A DNA stretch of 64,000 nt from Centroscyllium fabricii (taxonomy: Eukaryota). The notes beneath the pieces were generated by a model. It was not told where the DNA came from. It saw nothing but the letters and a program-made list of their open reading frames with translations, and did not search any database. This document shows positions 1-11,745 of the stretch, one piece after another (the first letter of the stretch is position 1; each line of letters opens with the position of its first letter). The stretch is taken from the NCBI GenBank assembly GCA_051313645.2, contig JBNRSN020000008.1, forward strand, positions 115,258,001-115,322,000, written 5' to 3'. Both the position numbers and the translations under genes were made by a program.

Positions 1-152
1 GAGGTGTGTAGCGCCTGATTTAGTGCTCCAGTCACCTCCAGGGGCGAGAAATGCCAAGTTTGCAGTTGGAGGCGATAATTAGCGGCAGGCGCTAAATTTG
101 GCGCTGCGCCGAGTATAGTGCCCCAAACGGGGCAATACTGAATTTTTCCCCC
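1..152. mobile_element. End of a GC-rich non-autonomous DNA transposon (Harbinger-type MITE end)
   Basis: CpG-rich block ending gaatttttccccc, similar in style to other MITE ends in the window; cut by the window edge. Confidence 0.4.
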
Positions 153-527
153 TTAATCTTTTAAAACTGTGCTTTAATGAAGTGGAACTTAGATCTGATT
201 TTTTGGTAGGAAAACAATGGAAAATTGAGGGTTTTCTTCAATTTGGGAGAAACTGAGCTTTTACTGATTTAACACCCCAATAAAACGTAGGAACTTAGTA
301 GTGAAAATCATTAAAAACTGACTTTGAAGTTCCATGCTTTTCTTTTCAATGTATTTGTGGTTTGAAACACTTCATTGCAACTTACTGTTATATTTTGTGT
401 CTTTTCTGCCTCTTCAATCTGTCTCCGCTCCACTGTACTGCGCTTATTCAATGAGGCTGAAAACAGTTGCTGCCATTTCCTACATTTGAATAACTGTCCG
501 TTACAATCAAAAGTAAACTGTGGTCAC

Positions 528-1052
528 ATACATAGAACATAGAACATAGAACATACAGCACTGTACAGGCTCTTGGGCCCTCAATGTAGTGCCGCCCTTA
601 TTCCGTCTCTGATTTTTCCTGTCCCCCCTACTGTTCCTTCCCTTCCATGTACCTGTCTATCATCCTTTTAAAAGCACCCAGACTGTCCGCATCCACTATT
701 TCAGATGGTAGCCTATTCCATTCCCCGACCACTCTTTGTGTGAAGAACTTGCCCCTGCCATCCCGTCTGAATCTTCCTCCTTGAATCTTGTGCTCGTGTC
801 CTCTTGTTGTCGTTCTTCCCGCCCGGGGAAACAGTCTTTGCACATTTACTCTGTCGATCCCCTTCATCATTTTATACATCTCTATCAGGTCCCCCCTCTT
901 CCTTCTTCGTTCCAGGGAGAAGAGTCCCAGTTCCCTTAACCGTTCCTCGTATGACTTTCCCCCCATTCCCGGCAGCATCCTGGTGAATCTCCTCTGCACT
1001 CTTTCCAGTGCCTCCACATCCCTCCTGTAGTACGGTGCCCAGAATACGTAAC
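528..1052 (-). mobile_element. CR1 LINE 3' fragment (ORF2 C-terminus plus tail)
   Basis: ORF 628-1059 FWAPYYRRDVEALERVQRRFTRM...LGLFSLERRR.RGDLIE..K; (CTATGTT)n tail at 528-553. Confidence 0.92.
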
Positions 1053-2039
1053 TGAGCAAATCACACCGTATAGATGGGAGATTTTCCTGGGTCCGTACTC
1101 AGACATACTGAATCGCCTAAACGCAACAAATATCAGAAAATTGGTTGGGTCAGAGCACACACCTGTAAAGGAATCTGCCTGATTACCCTTCCATTTAAAT
1201 TAGTGGAGGAAAATCAGGCAGGTTCCTTAACAGGCTTGAGCTCTAACCCATCCATTTTCCTGATACCCACTGCCCAGGCAATCCAGTGTATCTGGGTGCA
1301 GACCCAAGAAAATCTCCTAATATGTCTTTTGTTCCAATGTGGCTTGTCTCCCCCTTCTATCCTTTTGTTAGAAAGCTGGTTTTGGACCGTGTCCACAACT
1401 TTTGTATCTCGCTAAACTGGAATGTTGATTTTAACTGCAGTTAATTTTAAAACTCCTATATCTTGTTAAAGCAACATTTATAAACTAAAACAAGGCAAAT
1501 ATACTTCATTTTTGTCACATGACTCCTTCCCTTTTGAATTCTATACTGAATACCATCAATGTGGTGCTTGTGTGTCTCAAATCTGCATTTATCGCTGATC
1601 CGAGATGATGCATTAGTATTTTAGTTTTAGGAATGAGATGACATTGGAGCATTTTGTATTCTTACAAGGCACTGCTCAAACAGTAGATGAACATTTTTGC
1701 CACAAGTTGACCGTCTCTTAGTGTGAGTACAGTGTTCACGAAGTACAATAAAGGCAGTCTTTTAAATACGATTGTCGTTCCCGTAGCAACCAGATGACGC
1801 TGAAACATTCTCTTTCTTTAGAATAAGCACCTATCATGGCTGTAGCCTGCAACTAAGGTAAATAGTTGGGTGTTTCTTTCGTAGTTCATGCAGAAAGCAC
1901 GCCACAAATGAGCTGGTAAACAGAGTGAAAACAGTGCTTTGAAAATGGTAATTTGGATGGGTGGGGAATGTAGGAAAAGAGGAGCGAGTGCAAATTAGTT
2001 TAGCTGACATAAGATAAAGAATACAAACTTAATTACCAT

Positions 2040-2450
2040 TTCTCATAAAAATGGCAGTGCAGGATAGGGCAGCGATGTGTGGTTCCTGCAGGACGTGGGA
2101 GTTTGGAGGAGCAGATGTTAACTTGGACAACACATCTGGGGAAAATATCTCCAACTTGGATTACTTGAGCTCAAGATGTCCGAACTTGAGTCGGAGTTGT
2201 AGTCAATCTAACATAATGGGAAGGGAGTAACTTTTCTGGAGAAAGGGGGCTATCAGTGGAAGAGGAAGGAGTGGTGACTATCCACAGATCAGGGGAAGTT
2301 AAGAGAGTGAGAACCATCCAGAGCACATTATCCTCTAACAAGTTTGAAGCACTGGGGAGGATGAGGACTCTGGGAAGGGCCATCAAATTGATTGCAATTG
2401 CACCAAAAAAACATGAGCTGAGTTGTGTGGGATGGGGTGGGGTGGTGGGG
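2040..2450 (+). mobile_element. Degraded CR1-like 5'/ORF1 fragment
   Basis: Cys-x2-Cys-like start (tgtggttcctgcaggacgtgggag) and LSSNKFEAL motif typical of CR1 ORF1. Confidence 0.45.
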
Positions 2451-2477
2451 AATTAGCAACTCTGTTAGGAATGCAGT

Positions 2478-2499
2478 AGTCATTGACCTGAAACGTTAA

Positions 2500-2534
<35 letters not shown>

Positions 2535-2630
2535 CACAGATGCTGCCTGACCTGCTGAGTATTTCCAGCATTTTCTGTTTTTATTACAGTTTTTCAGATT
2601 TCCAGCATCCACAGTATCTTGCTTTTGCTA
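2478..2630 (+). mobile_element. Penelope-derived 3' tail fragment
   Basis: gacctgaaacgttaactct...gatgctgcctgacctgctgagtatttccagc, same as the tail at 9530-9665. Confidence 0.8.
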
Positions 2631-3112
2631 TAGAAACTATCCTGCCGTATACACTGAGCAGTATCTCCAGTAGCAGGACTGGGAGCCAGCATAAGAGAAC
2701 CACTTCAGGAAGTTGTTCTCCCATATAAATGGGCCATTAGTTTTCCAAAAGGATGGTGCATTCAGAAAATTAGCATATGAATGCAGAATCCGTTCTGAAT
2801 GCCTAACGCAGCATTGGAAGTATTTTTATTCACAGTGCTTTGGTGGAACTATTGTGTTCCACAAAAGTCAGTGGCCCAGAAAACCTGTGGTACCTCATAG
2901 TTGTACCTTAGGTGGGGAGTCTACTGCAGGGGTTAGGAAATAGGCCTGGAACCAGATACTCTGGGTCCCAGCCTGTTGTTGAACTTTCCGGGATAGCCTT
3001 TTGGGGTGGAGTAACCACCTACCCCAAACATGGCCATTGACCTAGGCGGGGGCTCTCTAACTTGGGAAGTTCCTGAATCCTGGGCCTTCAGTGCGACCTG
3101 ACATAGTATTGG

Positions 3113-3400
3113 CTGAAATAACAACAGAAAACGCTGGAGAAACTCAGCAGGCCAGGCAGTATCCGTGGAGAGAGAAACAGAGTTAACGTTTCAGGTCGAA
3201 GACCTTTCATCAGAACTGGAAAAAAGTAGGAAATGGAAAGCAAGTTTAAGGGCTGGGAAAAGGGGGAGGGGGTGAAAGAACAAAAGGGAAGGTCAGTGAT
3301 ATGATAGAAAGCAGGAGAGGTTGAGAGAAATTGAGAGACATTAAGATTAAACACGAGAAGTGAAACTGAAAGCAATGAAGATGAACAAGGTTGAAGAGAC
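3113..3400 (-). mobile_element. Penelope-derived tail with hammerhead core
   Basis: reverse complement of the 9420-9630 Penelope tail. Confidence 0.82.
3181..3217 (-). ncRNA. Minimal type-I hammerhead ribozyme (Penelope-associated)
   Basis: minus strand agtt CTGATGA a aggtc-ttc-gacct GAAACGTT aact: intact core, stem II, palindromic stem III, stem I agtt/aact. Confidence 0.78.
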
Positions 3401-3403
3401 AAA

Positions 3404-4118
3404 CAATTCAATTCAATTCAATTTTTATTGTCATTGCAGAGTACTAGTACAATACAACGAGACGAAGACTCGACTCTCCCGAGAGTAGTGCAAATAAATT
3501 ACATGCAAATTGCATACAGTAAAGTACATTATCAGGCGTGCAGGTACCGGAGTTTATTTTTTTTTAGAGTTCAGGAGGCTGACAGCCCTGGGGAAGAAGC
3601 TGTTCTGAAATCTAGTCGTGCGGGTGCGAATTGATCTGTAGCGTCTCCCGGAGGGCAGGGGGGCGAACAGACTGTGGCTGGGGTGTGTGGGGTCTTTAAT
3701 AATGTTCATAGACCTCCGTAAGCAGCGTTTGAGGTAGATGCTTTCCATTGACGGTAGCTGGGTACCAGTGATTCGTTGGGCAGTTTTGACTACCCGCTGC
3801 AGGGTTTTTCGGTCTGAGATAGTGCAATTTCCATACCAGACAGTGATGCAGCTTGTCAGTATGCTTTCTATTGTGCAGCGGTAGAAGTTGGAGAGGATGC
3901 CGGATGACAGCCTGGCTTTCTTCAGCTTCCTTGGGAAGTACAGGCGCTGTTGGGCCTTCTTGACCAGAGAGGAGGTGTTTAGTGACCAGGAGAGATCTTC
4001 CGAGATGTGGACCCCGAGGAACTTGAAGCTGGACACCCTTTCCACCTCAGCCCCTTGGATGAAGATGGGGGTGTGTCTTCTGCTTCCAGTCCTCCGGAAG
4101 TCCACTATAATCTCCTTA
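3404..4118 (-). mobile_element. Rex1/Babar LINE, 5'-truncated
   Basis: ORF 3554-4105 VERVSSFKFLGVHISEDLSW...KKAQQRLYF...FYRCTIESILT..ITVWYG...SFFPRAV; tail ctctgcaatgacaataaa(ttgaa)n. Confidence 0.9.
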
Positions 4119-4201
4119 GTTTTCTTGGATATCCTGTCGAAGAGAAGAGCAGAACTTCTTTAAGCTGGGCATTCCTAGAAGAGAGGTGGCAGTGAACCAA
4201 A

Positions 4202-4340
4202 CACTAATACGATAGCAAAATACTGCGGATGCTGGAAATCCGAAATAACAACAGAAAACGCTGGAAAAACTCAGCAGGCCAGGCAGCATCCGTGGAGCGA
4301 GAAACAGAGTTAACATTTCAGGTTGAAGACTTTTCGTCCA
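4202..4340 (-). mobile_element. Penelope-derived tail fragment
   Basis: near-identical to 55374-55505. Confidence 0.8.
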
Positions 4341-5309
4341 TATTGGCTGGTTAGACTAGACATACTTTCCCAACAATTGACAGTTGTGTTGACCATCGTT
4401 GCCTGAATTTCAGAAGAGAAAAGGGTTGTCTATTTAAAAAATATATAAAAGCAGCCCCCCTGAAGAGTGGAGTGGGTGTCACAGAGGCAACAAAAGATTC
4501 TTTCAGGGTGTTAGGGGGTGGTGGTGGTGGGTGGTTGTTGCTGAGTTAGAACCTGGTCCTTCTGGATTGGGCATTTTTAATCCAGACTTTGCTGCATTTT
4601 TAGCAGTGGGTGTACCACTTTTTCCTAAAAGAACTAAAATAATAAAATCAACCTTTACTATCACTATTAGCCGGCTAGTTTAGCTTTTCCTTGTTATGGT
4701 CCTGACCCTGACTGGCTCTGGCCTTCAAATAGATGGGCTTTCTCCTCAAACATAGCTGACTGACTGAATCCCTTCCCTTTGTCCATTTTTCTGTGTTCCC
4801 AGCAAGTGGAGGGCTGTCCCTCTGATTTATTCCCCATTCAGTGATTAATCAGTAACGGTGTCAGTAAAACTGACTGCCTCTTTTCCCCCCCATCCCAAGG
4901 GTGTGGGTTTAAAAAAAAATCCTGTGAATCTCAAAATGAATAGGAACCATCCTGGATTTATAGGCCTGAGATGAGACATATGACTCTCAATTCTCTTAAT
5001 TTGAAGTAGAAGATAGGAGTAGGCCATTCGGCCCTTCGAGCCTGCTCTGCCATTCAATGAGATCATGGCTGATCATCCAAATTCAGTACCCTGTCCCTGT
5101 AAACTGTGAGCCATAACATTCTACAATTTGTTGATACTTTCAACTTCTATAATTATATTTCTTGTTGCCATATACTCAATGATTAGCACCTCATCAAAGT
5201 TATATTTGGTATGATTTATCTTTACTAGATTATGAGATCTCCGCACTAATAAACAATCATGTTTGTCTGTTAGATAAACTCGCTCAAATATCGGATGTAG
5301 AAATAAGTG

Positions 5310-6868
5310 ATGTAGAAACACCAGGTTATAGTCCAACAGTTTTATTTGAAATCACAAGCTTTTGGAGCGCTGCTCCTTCGTCAGGTGAAGTGAAGAGATG
5401 CGTATAGGCACAGCATATATAGTCAGAAAACAATGTTAGATGATTACAGGTAATTTTTCTAACTGCCCTTTATCACACCTCGGCAGAGAGATAATCACTG
5501 CAATCAAAGGTGTAAATGGTGTCCAAACAGGTCAGTCAGCAAAACATTCCATCAAAGAACAATGAGGTGGGGTCACGAGAGGTCAATTGTTGCACATGCT
5601 GTATGAAAAACAAATACACAGGATCTGCTCAGACGAGGAGGAACACGATGGACACCTACAGGTGCTGAAAGACGCCCTCGTAAGAATGGGATATGACACT
5701 TGACTCGTCGATCGACAGTTCTGACGGGCCACAGCGAAAAATCGCATAGACCTCCTCAGAAGACAAACACGGGACACAACCAACAGAATACCCTTCGTCA
5801 TCCAGTATTTCCCCGGAGCGGAGAAACTATGCCATGTTCTTCGCAGCCTTCAACATGTCATTGATGACGACAAACACCTCGCTAAGGCCATCCCCACGCC
5901 TCCACTACTCGCCTTCAAACAGCCGCCTAACCTCAAACAGACCATCATTCGCAGCAAATTACCCAGCTTTCAGGAAAACAGCAACCACAACGCCACACAA
6001 CCCTGCCACGGCAACCTCTGCAAGACATGCCAGATCATCAACACAGATACCATCATCATACGTGAGGACACCACCCACCAGGTACATGGTACATACTCCT
6101 GTGACTCAGCCAACGTTGTCTACCTCATACGTTGCAGGAAAGGATGCCTCGGAGCATGGTACATCGGCGAGACCATGCAGACACTGCGACAACAGATGAA
6201 CGAACACCGCACAACAATCGTCGGGCAGGAGTGTTCCCTCCCAGTCAGGGAACACTTCAGCAGTCAAGGACATTCAGCCTCCGATCTTTGGGTAAGCATT
6301 GTCCAAGGTGGCCTTCGAGACACATGACAACGCAAATTCGTCGAGCAGAAACTGATGGCCAAGTTCCGCACTCATGAGGACGGCCTCAACCAGGATCTTA
6401 GGTTCCATGCATGCTCCATATAACCCCACCTGACGTAGAGTCATCCAGACTCGAGTCATCGTTGGCTTGTTCTCTCTACACAGGTGTGGCTGGATCTGCT
6501 GTTATCTCCAGCAAAACCAATTTTTTTTCATTTTATTTTTTATTGCTTTGTTTGTTTTTTGTTTTTCATACAGCAGGTGCAACATTTGACGTCTTGTGAC
6601 CCCATCTCATTGTTCTTTGATGGAATGTTTTGCTGACTGACCTGTTTGGACACCATTTACACCTTTGATTGCAGTGATTATCTCTCTGCCGAGGTGTGAT
6701 AAAGGGCAGTTAGAAAAATTACCTGTAATCTAGCATTGTTCTCTGACTATATATGCTGTGCCTATAAACAATCTCTTCACTTCACCTGACGAAGGAGCAG
6801 CGCTCCGAAAGCTTGTGATTTCAAATAAAACTGTTGGATTATAACCTGGTGTTGTGACTTCTTACATT
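5310..6868 (+). mobile_element. Penelope-like element, 5'-truncated, with inverted pseudo-LTR
   Basis: 5600-6420 encodes a degenerate GIY-YIG endonuclease (PCHGNLCKTC...NVVYLIRCRKGC..WYIGET) with stops; 5310-5580 is the reverse complement of about 6600-6868. Confidence 0.9.
6782..6818 (+). ncRNA. Minimal hammerhead ribozyme in the Penelope pLTR, sense to ITGA6
   Basis: tcac CTGACGA a ggagc-agc-gctcc GAAA GCTT gtga; intact CUGANGA/GAAA core, stem I tcac/gtga. Confidence 0.75.
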
Positions 6869-6982
6869 ACTAAAACTATATAGCAGAAATTGAGTTTTGG
6901 TTGGATTCCATCTGATCCTCGGCCTTGGTAAACAGAAAAGTCACCAGCGATTGTTTGCTTTGCAGCTTAATCCAAAGTGAAC

Positions 6983-7228
6983 AGATATGCGGGTTAGGTT
7001 GATTGGCCATGATAAATTGACCCTTAGTGTTAGGGGGATTAAATATTTGGGGTTACGGGGATAGGGTGGGATATGTGTCGGTGCAGCCTCGATAGGGATC
7101 GAAGGATGTGGGGACAAGGCAGGGTTGCTACTGGGTTTGGATGATCAGCCATGATCTCATTGAATGGCGGAGTGGGCTCAAAGGGCCAAATGGCCTATTC
7201 CAGCTCCTATCTTCTATGTTTCTATGTC
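6983..7228 (+). mobile_element. HE1/V-SINE, 5'-truncated, CR1-type tail
   Basis: gggttaggttgattggccatgataaattgacccttagtg...gatcagccatgatctcattgaatggcgg...(ctatgttt). Confidence 0.85.
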
Positions 7229-7929
7229 TCTATAGCTGTGGTTGTGATCATTGATTTCTCTAGTCAAGATACAAGCTCTTCCCCTATCAGAATTTTCCAA
7301 TGCTTTATGCCAGCACTGTTGGATCAAATTAATGTTTGGACTGGGATTATGGGCAGAAACCAGCAATGCTGATTTTCTCCAACATTCTGTGTTGCCTAAC
7401 CACTATCAGTCAAGGGGAAGAATGTGTGCAAGATGGTCTTGTTCAAAATTGGTGGGTATCTAATTTTAATATGATCATGAGCAGTATATGTACACCTGTT
7501 AATGGCAGCACGCATACTTTCACATTTTATGCTCAGAAGTATACTCGGTGCTCAAATGCCCATTGTGAACCGGTTTAGAGGACTGATTTGCAGGGTTATG
7601 AGGAAAAAGGTTAAGAGTGGTGGGACTAAATTGGATAGCTCTTTCAAAGATGGGCCGAATGGCCTCCTGTGCTTTAAGATTCTCTTAAAGCTTCACTCCC
7701 CATCCTGACAGCCGACATTTTGAAGTTGAAAACTGCATTAACTTAGGCGATACATTCAGAAGAATATATTTTATGGATAGTGAAACTTTGCTGAGTGGTG
7801 TTTAAAGTGCAGTTTGCGTCTAGTTCTTTGCACTTCATTGCAAGCGCTGTAATGGAGATCTCCAAGGGAAATCCATTATCTTTGCTTCCTAGAGGAGCCA
7901 AGGAGATAAATCCACAGGTTAGGTTACAC

Positions 7930-8180
7930 CAGAGGCACATTTACCACAGTTACTACCCTTCAAACCACATGTAGGCAGAGCAAATCGATCCTCAATTTGT
8001 TTTGAGGAACAGGAGGTACTGCTTCAGGCTGTTGTGACTGAATTGTGTCACCAGAGACATAGCTGTGCCAGTGGTACTGAAGATCATCGCTGCTCTCAAT
8101 TTCTATGCTTCAGGATTCTTCCAGACATCCACAGGCGATATCGCGCACATATTTCTGTCTGCTGTCCATGTGTGCATACC
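7930..8180 (+). pseudogene. Degraded PIF/Harbinger transposase fragment
   Basis: 8059-8178 translates IAVPVVLKIIAALNFYASGFFQTSTGDIAHIFLSAVHVCI, aligning with [40 protein letters not shown] of the 61506 transposase. Confidence 0.8.
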
Positions 8181-8684
8181 ATGGCCCCCAGTGTGAACAG
8201 TCATATGCCTCATATAATGGCCAACTGCAGCATTCCCAATATTGGCCAATACTGCGTCTTGAATCCCATTTATCCTTTTCCTTCCCCCTGATGAACCATT
8301 ATCCAAAGTAATAGAACGCTTTAATAATGACATACGGTAAGTGTAGGGGCGATTTCCGTGTCTCCACCACCCTCCTTGCCTCCCAAAAATGGGGTGGTAG
8401 CAGGACCAAATCATAGCGCGGTGGATAATTGTGCTGATTAACTGTCAAGTTACTGTCCGCCCTGAAAGTCAGCCAGAGCTCCCATTGGAAACAGGCAGGA
8501 GGCGTTCAGTGAAAATGAAAAAAAAACACAATTTATTTTAATGCCCCTATGATTTTATATCCCTGGTTGCTCACATCACTGCTCAGGAAATTAATCTTTA
8601 ATTTTAGGGAGTTAAACCATCTTGAGGTGGTTCCCTGCCGGTGGAGGCATGCGGAAATGGCGGACGATTCCGCCACCTCGAGCG

Positions 8685-9665
8685 TGATCTTCCCCTCCCC
8701 TCTGCTTTCAGCATTCCATAGGGATCTCTCCCTCCGCGACACCCTAGTCCACTCCTCTACCACCCCCAGCACCCCTTCCCCTCCGCCCAGCACCTTCCCG
8801 TGCAAGCGCAGGAGATGCAACACATGCCCTTATACCTCCCCCCTTCCCACTGTCCAGGGCCCCAAACACCCATTCCAGGTGAAATAGCGATTTACTTGTA
8901 CTTCTTGCAATTTAGTATACTGTATTCACTGCTCACGATGTGGTCTCCTCTACATCGGGGAGACCAAACGCAGATTGGGTGACCGCTTTGTGGAACACCT
9001 CCGTTCCGTACGTAAGGGGGACCCCGAGCTCCCGGTGGCCTGTCACTTTAATTCACCGCTCCACTCCCACTTTAATTCACCGCTCCATTCCCATTCAGAC
9101 CTCACCGTCCTCGGCCTCTTGCATTGTTCCACGGAAGCTCAGCGTAAGCTCGAGGAACAGCACCTCATCTTTTGATTAGGCACTCTACAGCTCTCTGGAT
9201 TCAACATAGAGTTCAACAATTTCAGATCATAACCTCGGCCCCTATCACACATATATTTTCTTTTGTTTATCCACACTTTTTGTTTGGCCATTTTTTCTTC
9301 CCTCCCACAAGGCAGCTGTCCTTTATTCTGCCAACGCAATTCACACCCGATCTAGAGCCATCCTTCGTTCCTTAACCTGTCCCATTACCACCTCCTCTCG
9401 CCTTGAATATCTCTTAATGTCTCTCAACCTCTCCTGCTTTCTACCTTATCACTGACCTTCTCTTTTGTTCTTTCATCCCCTCCCCCTTTTCCAGCCCCTA
9501 AAATTGCTTTCCATTTCCTGCTTTTTTCCAGTTCTGACAAAAGGTCTTCGACCTGAAACGTTAACTCTGTTTCTCTCTCCACCGATGCTGCCTGGTCTGC
9601 TGAGTTTTTCCAGCGTTTTCTGTTGTTATTTCGTGTTTCCAGCATCCGCAGTATTTTGCTGTTGT
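8685..9665 (+). mobile_element. Penelope-like element (second family), GIY-YIG 3' part plus tail
   Basis: PCKRRRCNTC...NLVYCIHCSRCGLLYIGETKRRLGDRFVEH; in-frame 24-nt duplication 9044-9091; tail with mutated hammerhead at 9530-9566. Confidence 0.9.
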
Positions 9666-9989
9666 ACCTTTTCTTACTGTTGTGCTGTGTAAATTGCTCT
9701 TCTCACCTTGTCCTTCCCATTGTATTAAAAATATATGCATTAAATGAAGATCAGCCAACCATTTTTTTGAGTGTTGATGTGATTTGTGAAGGGGTTTAGT
9801 AATTTAAAGATAGAATCATTAGGAGCCCAGTGGGGAGTGGTACTCACAGGATCTGCGCTTCCTGCAATTGCCACTGGGAGAACTGGATTGTGGCATCATA
9901 TTGGGCTGCTTCATGTGACATTAAAAACAACTAATGGAAAATATTTGATGTATTTGTCTCTGAACATTTTATTTTCACCCTTTTTATAG

Positions 9990-10069
9990 TTGACCTGACA
10001 TTGGAAAGTAAAGAAAATCAATGGATGGGTGTATCTGTGGAAAGTCAGGGACCAGGAGGAAAGGTCATG
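9990..10069 (+). CDS. ITGA6: Integrin alpha-6 exon (human exon 3 equivalent), beta-propeller
   Basis: ttttatag| ... |gtaagt; encodes DLTLESKENQWMGVSVESQGPGGKVM, matching the alpha6 ESKEDQWMGV motif; phase 1 to 0. Confidence 0.95.
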
Positions 10070-10116
10070 GTAAGTTTTGAACTCTTCTATATGGTGCCCC
10101 CTTTTTCAAATATATA

Positions 10117-10497
10117 CATAGAAGATAGGAGCAGGAGTAGGCCATTCGGCCCTTCGAGCCTGCTCCGCCATTCAATGAGATCATGGCTGATCATCCAAAC
10201 CCTGTCCCTGCCTTGTCCCCATATCCCTCAATCCCTATCGAGCCTGCACCGACACATATCCCACCCTATCCCCGTAACCCCCACATATTTAATCCCCCTA
10301 ACACTGAGGGTCAATTTATCATGGCCAATCAACCTAACCCGCACATCTTTGGACTGTGGGAGGAAACCGGAGCACCCGGAGGAAACCCACGCAGACACGG
10401 GGAGAATGTGCAAACTCCACACAGATAGTACCCGAGGCTGGATTTGAACCCGGGTCTCTAGTGCTGTACGGCAACAGTGCTAGCCACCGTGCCGCCC
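10117..10497 (-). mobile_element. HE1/V-SINE, near full length
   Basis: tRNA head (gggcggcacggtggc...ggttcaaatcc), V-domain gtgtggagtttgcacattctccccgtgtctgcgtgggtttcctccggg, CR1 tail. Confidence 0.88.
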
Positions 10498-10662
10498 ATA
10501 TAATATATGTGGGCCTGTATTTTCTAATCGCAGGCCTCCCGCGGGTGGAGGGCTGCGATCTGGAAAAATCTACGCCCTTACCTGAGGGCTCCGGGGACGC
10601 ACACGCTTCCGCTCCTGGGCCTCTCCAAACTCCAAATGCGCAGGGCCCAGGTCCCAGGTATC

Positions 10663-11745
10663 CACAGAAACACAGAAGGTAGGAGCAGGAATAGGCCATT
10701 CAGCCCTTCGAGCCTGCTCTGCTGATTAAAATTAAATAACTCCACCCGATAGACTAGTAAATGGGTTAAACAAGAAGACTTTATTTAGAACCAAAGCTTT
10801 GGGGAGAAAGAGTCTCTGACCCTGCGGTCGATGAGAGCACCTTCTCCCAGATTGTTGGGTTACATTAGTTTATATACATTTTATTATCTCTATATGGTCA
10901 TTTACATACAATCAATCATTATTAAAAATAGCATATACGAGTAACATATGGCCTGCGTACGAACGTGTTTTATCTGATCGTTTAGATTTGTTGCAGTAAG
11001 AATTTACCATGACATCAGTTCGTTTAACTGTTAGTTTTTCCTGTCATAGAATGAATCCCTACAGTGCAGATAGAGGCCATTTCGGCCCATCGAGCCTGCA
11101 CCGACACATATCCCACCCTATCCCCGTAACACCACATATTTAATCCCCCTAACACTAAGGGTCAATTTATCCTGGCCAATCAAACTAACCCGCACATCTT
11201 TGGACTGTCATCAAAAGTTAATTTAGGGTCTCCCTGTTATTGCTTCATGCAGCTGGTGACCATGGGGCCTCAGGGAGTACCAGTTCTGTAAAGCCTTTGT
11301 CCTCCGCGTTGTTTCAAGATAAGATGTGCTGAGAATCTTCGAGCGTTGCCTTTTACCGCATTCCATTCGAGCTCATCATTAATTATTTGTAAAGTTCCAC
11401 AATGGTCAAGCTTGATAATTCCTTTCTTCACCGCCATTTTGATGAGATCATGGCTGATCATCCAAACCCAGCAGCCCCCTCCTACCCTCTCCCCATATCC
11501 CCCAACACCCCCAACTCTATCTCACACACATACTCATGGGCAATTCTTTTTTTAGTATCTCCAATTCACCTAACCTGTATGTCTTTGGGTGGTGGGAGGA
11601 AACCGGAGAACCCGGAGGAAACCCACACGAACACGGGGAGAACATGCAAACTCCACGCAGAGAGGTCCTGGGCTAAGCAGGATTCGAACCCAGGAGCTCC
11701 TTATTGCGAGGCAGCAGTGCTAACCACTGCGCCACCGTGTCGTCC
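10663..11745 (-). mobile_element. V-SINE split by a solo LTR (pieces 10663-10722 and 11431-11745)
   Basis: tail cctgctc(t/c)gc|cattttgatgagatc resumes after the insert; homologous to the + copy at 36545-36922. Confidence 0.85.
10723..11430 (-). mobile_element. Solo LTR (ERV or Gypsy type) with an internal SINE fragment at 11046-11208
   Basis: TG...CA ends, 4-bp TSD CTGC/CCGC, minus-strand TATATAA near 10870 followed by AATAAA at 10780-10785. Confidence 0.75.

Noticed and set aside
1053-1415. ORFs 1074-1415 and 1214-1396 next to the CR1 fragment
   Set aside because: No recognisable motifs or splice structure; cannot be assigned without a database search.
9786-9989. ORF with ALPAIATGRTG, faintly like ITGA6 exon 2
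   Set aside because: No LLVGAP motif, no conserved cysteines and no suitable splice sites; exons 1-2 appear to be outside the window.
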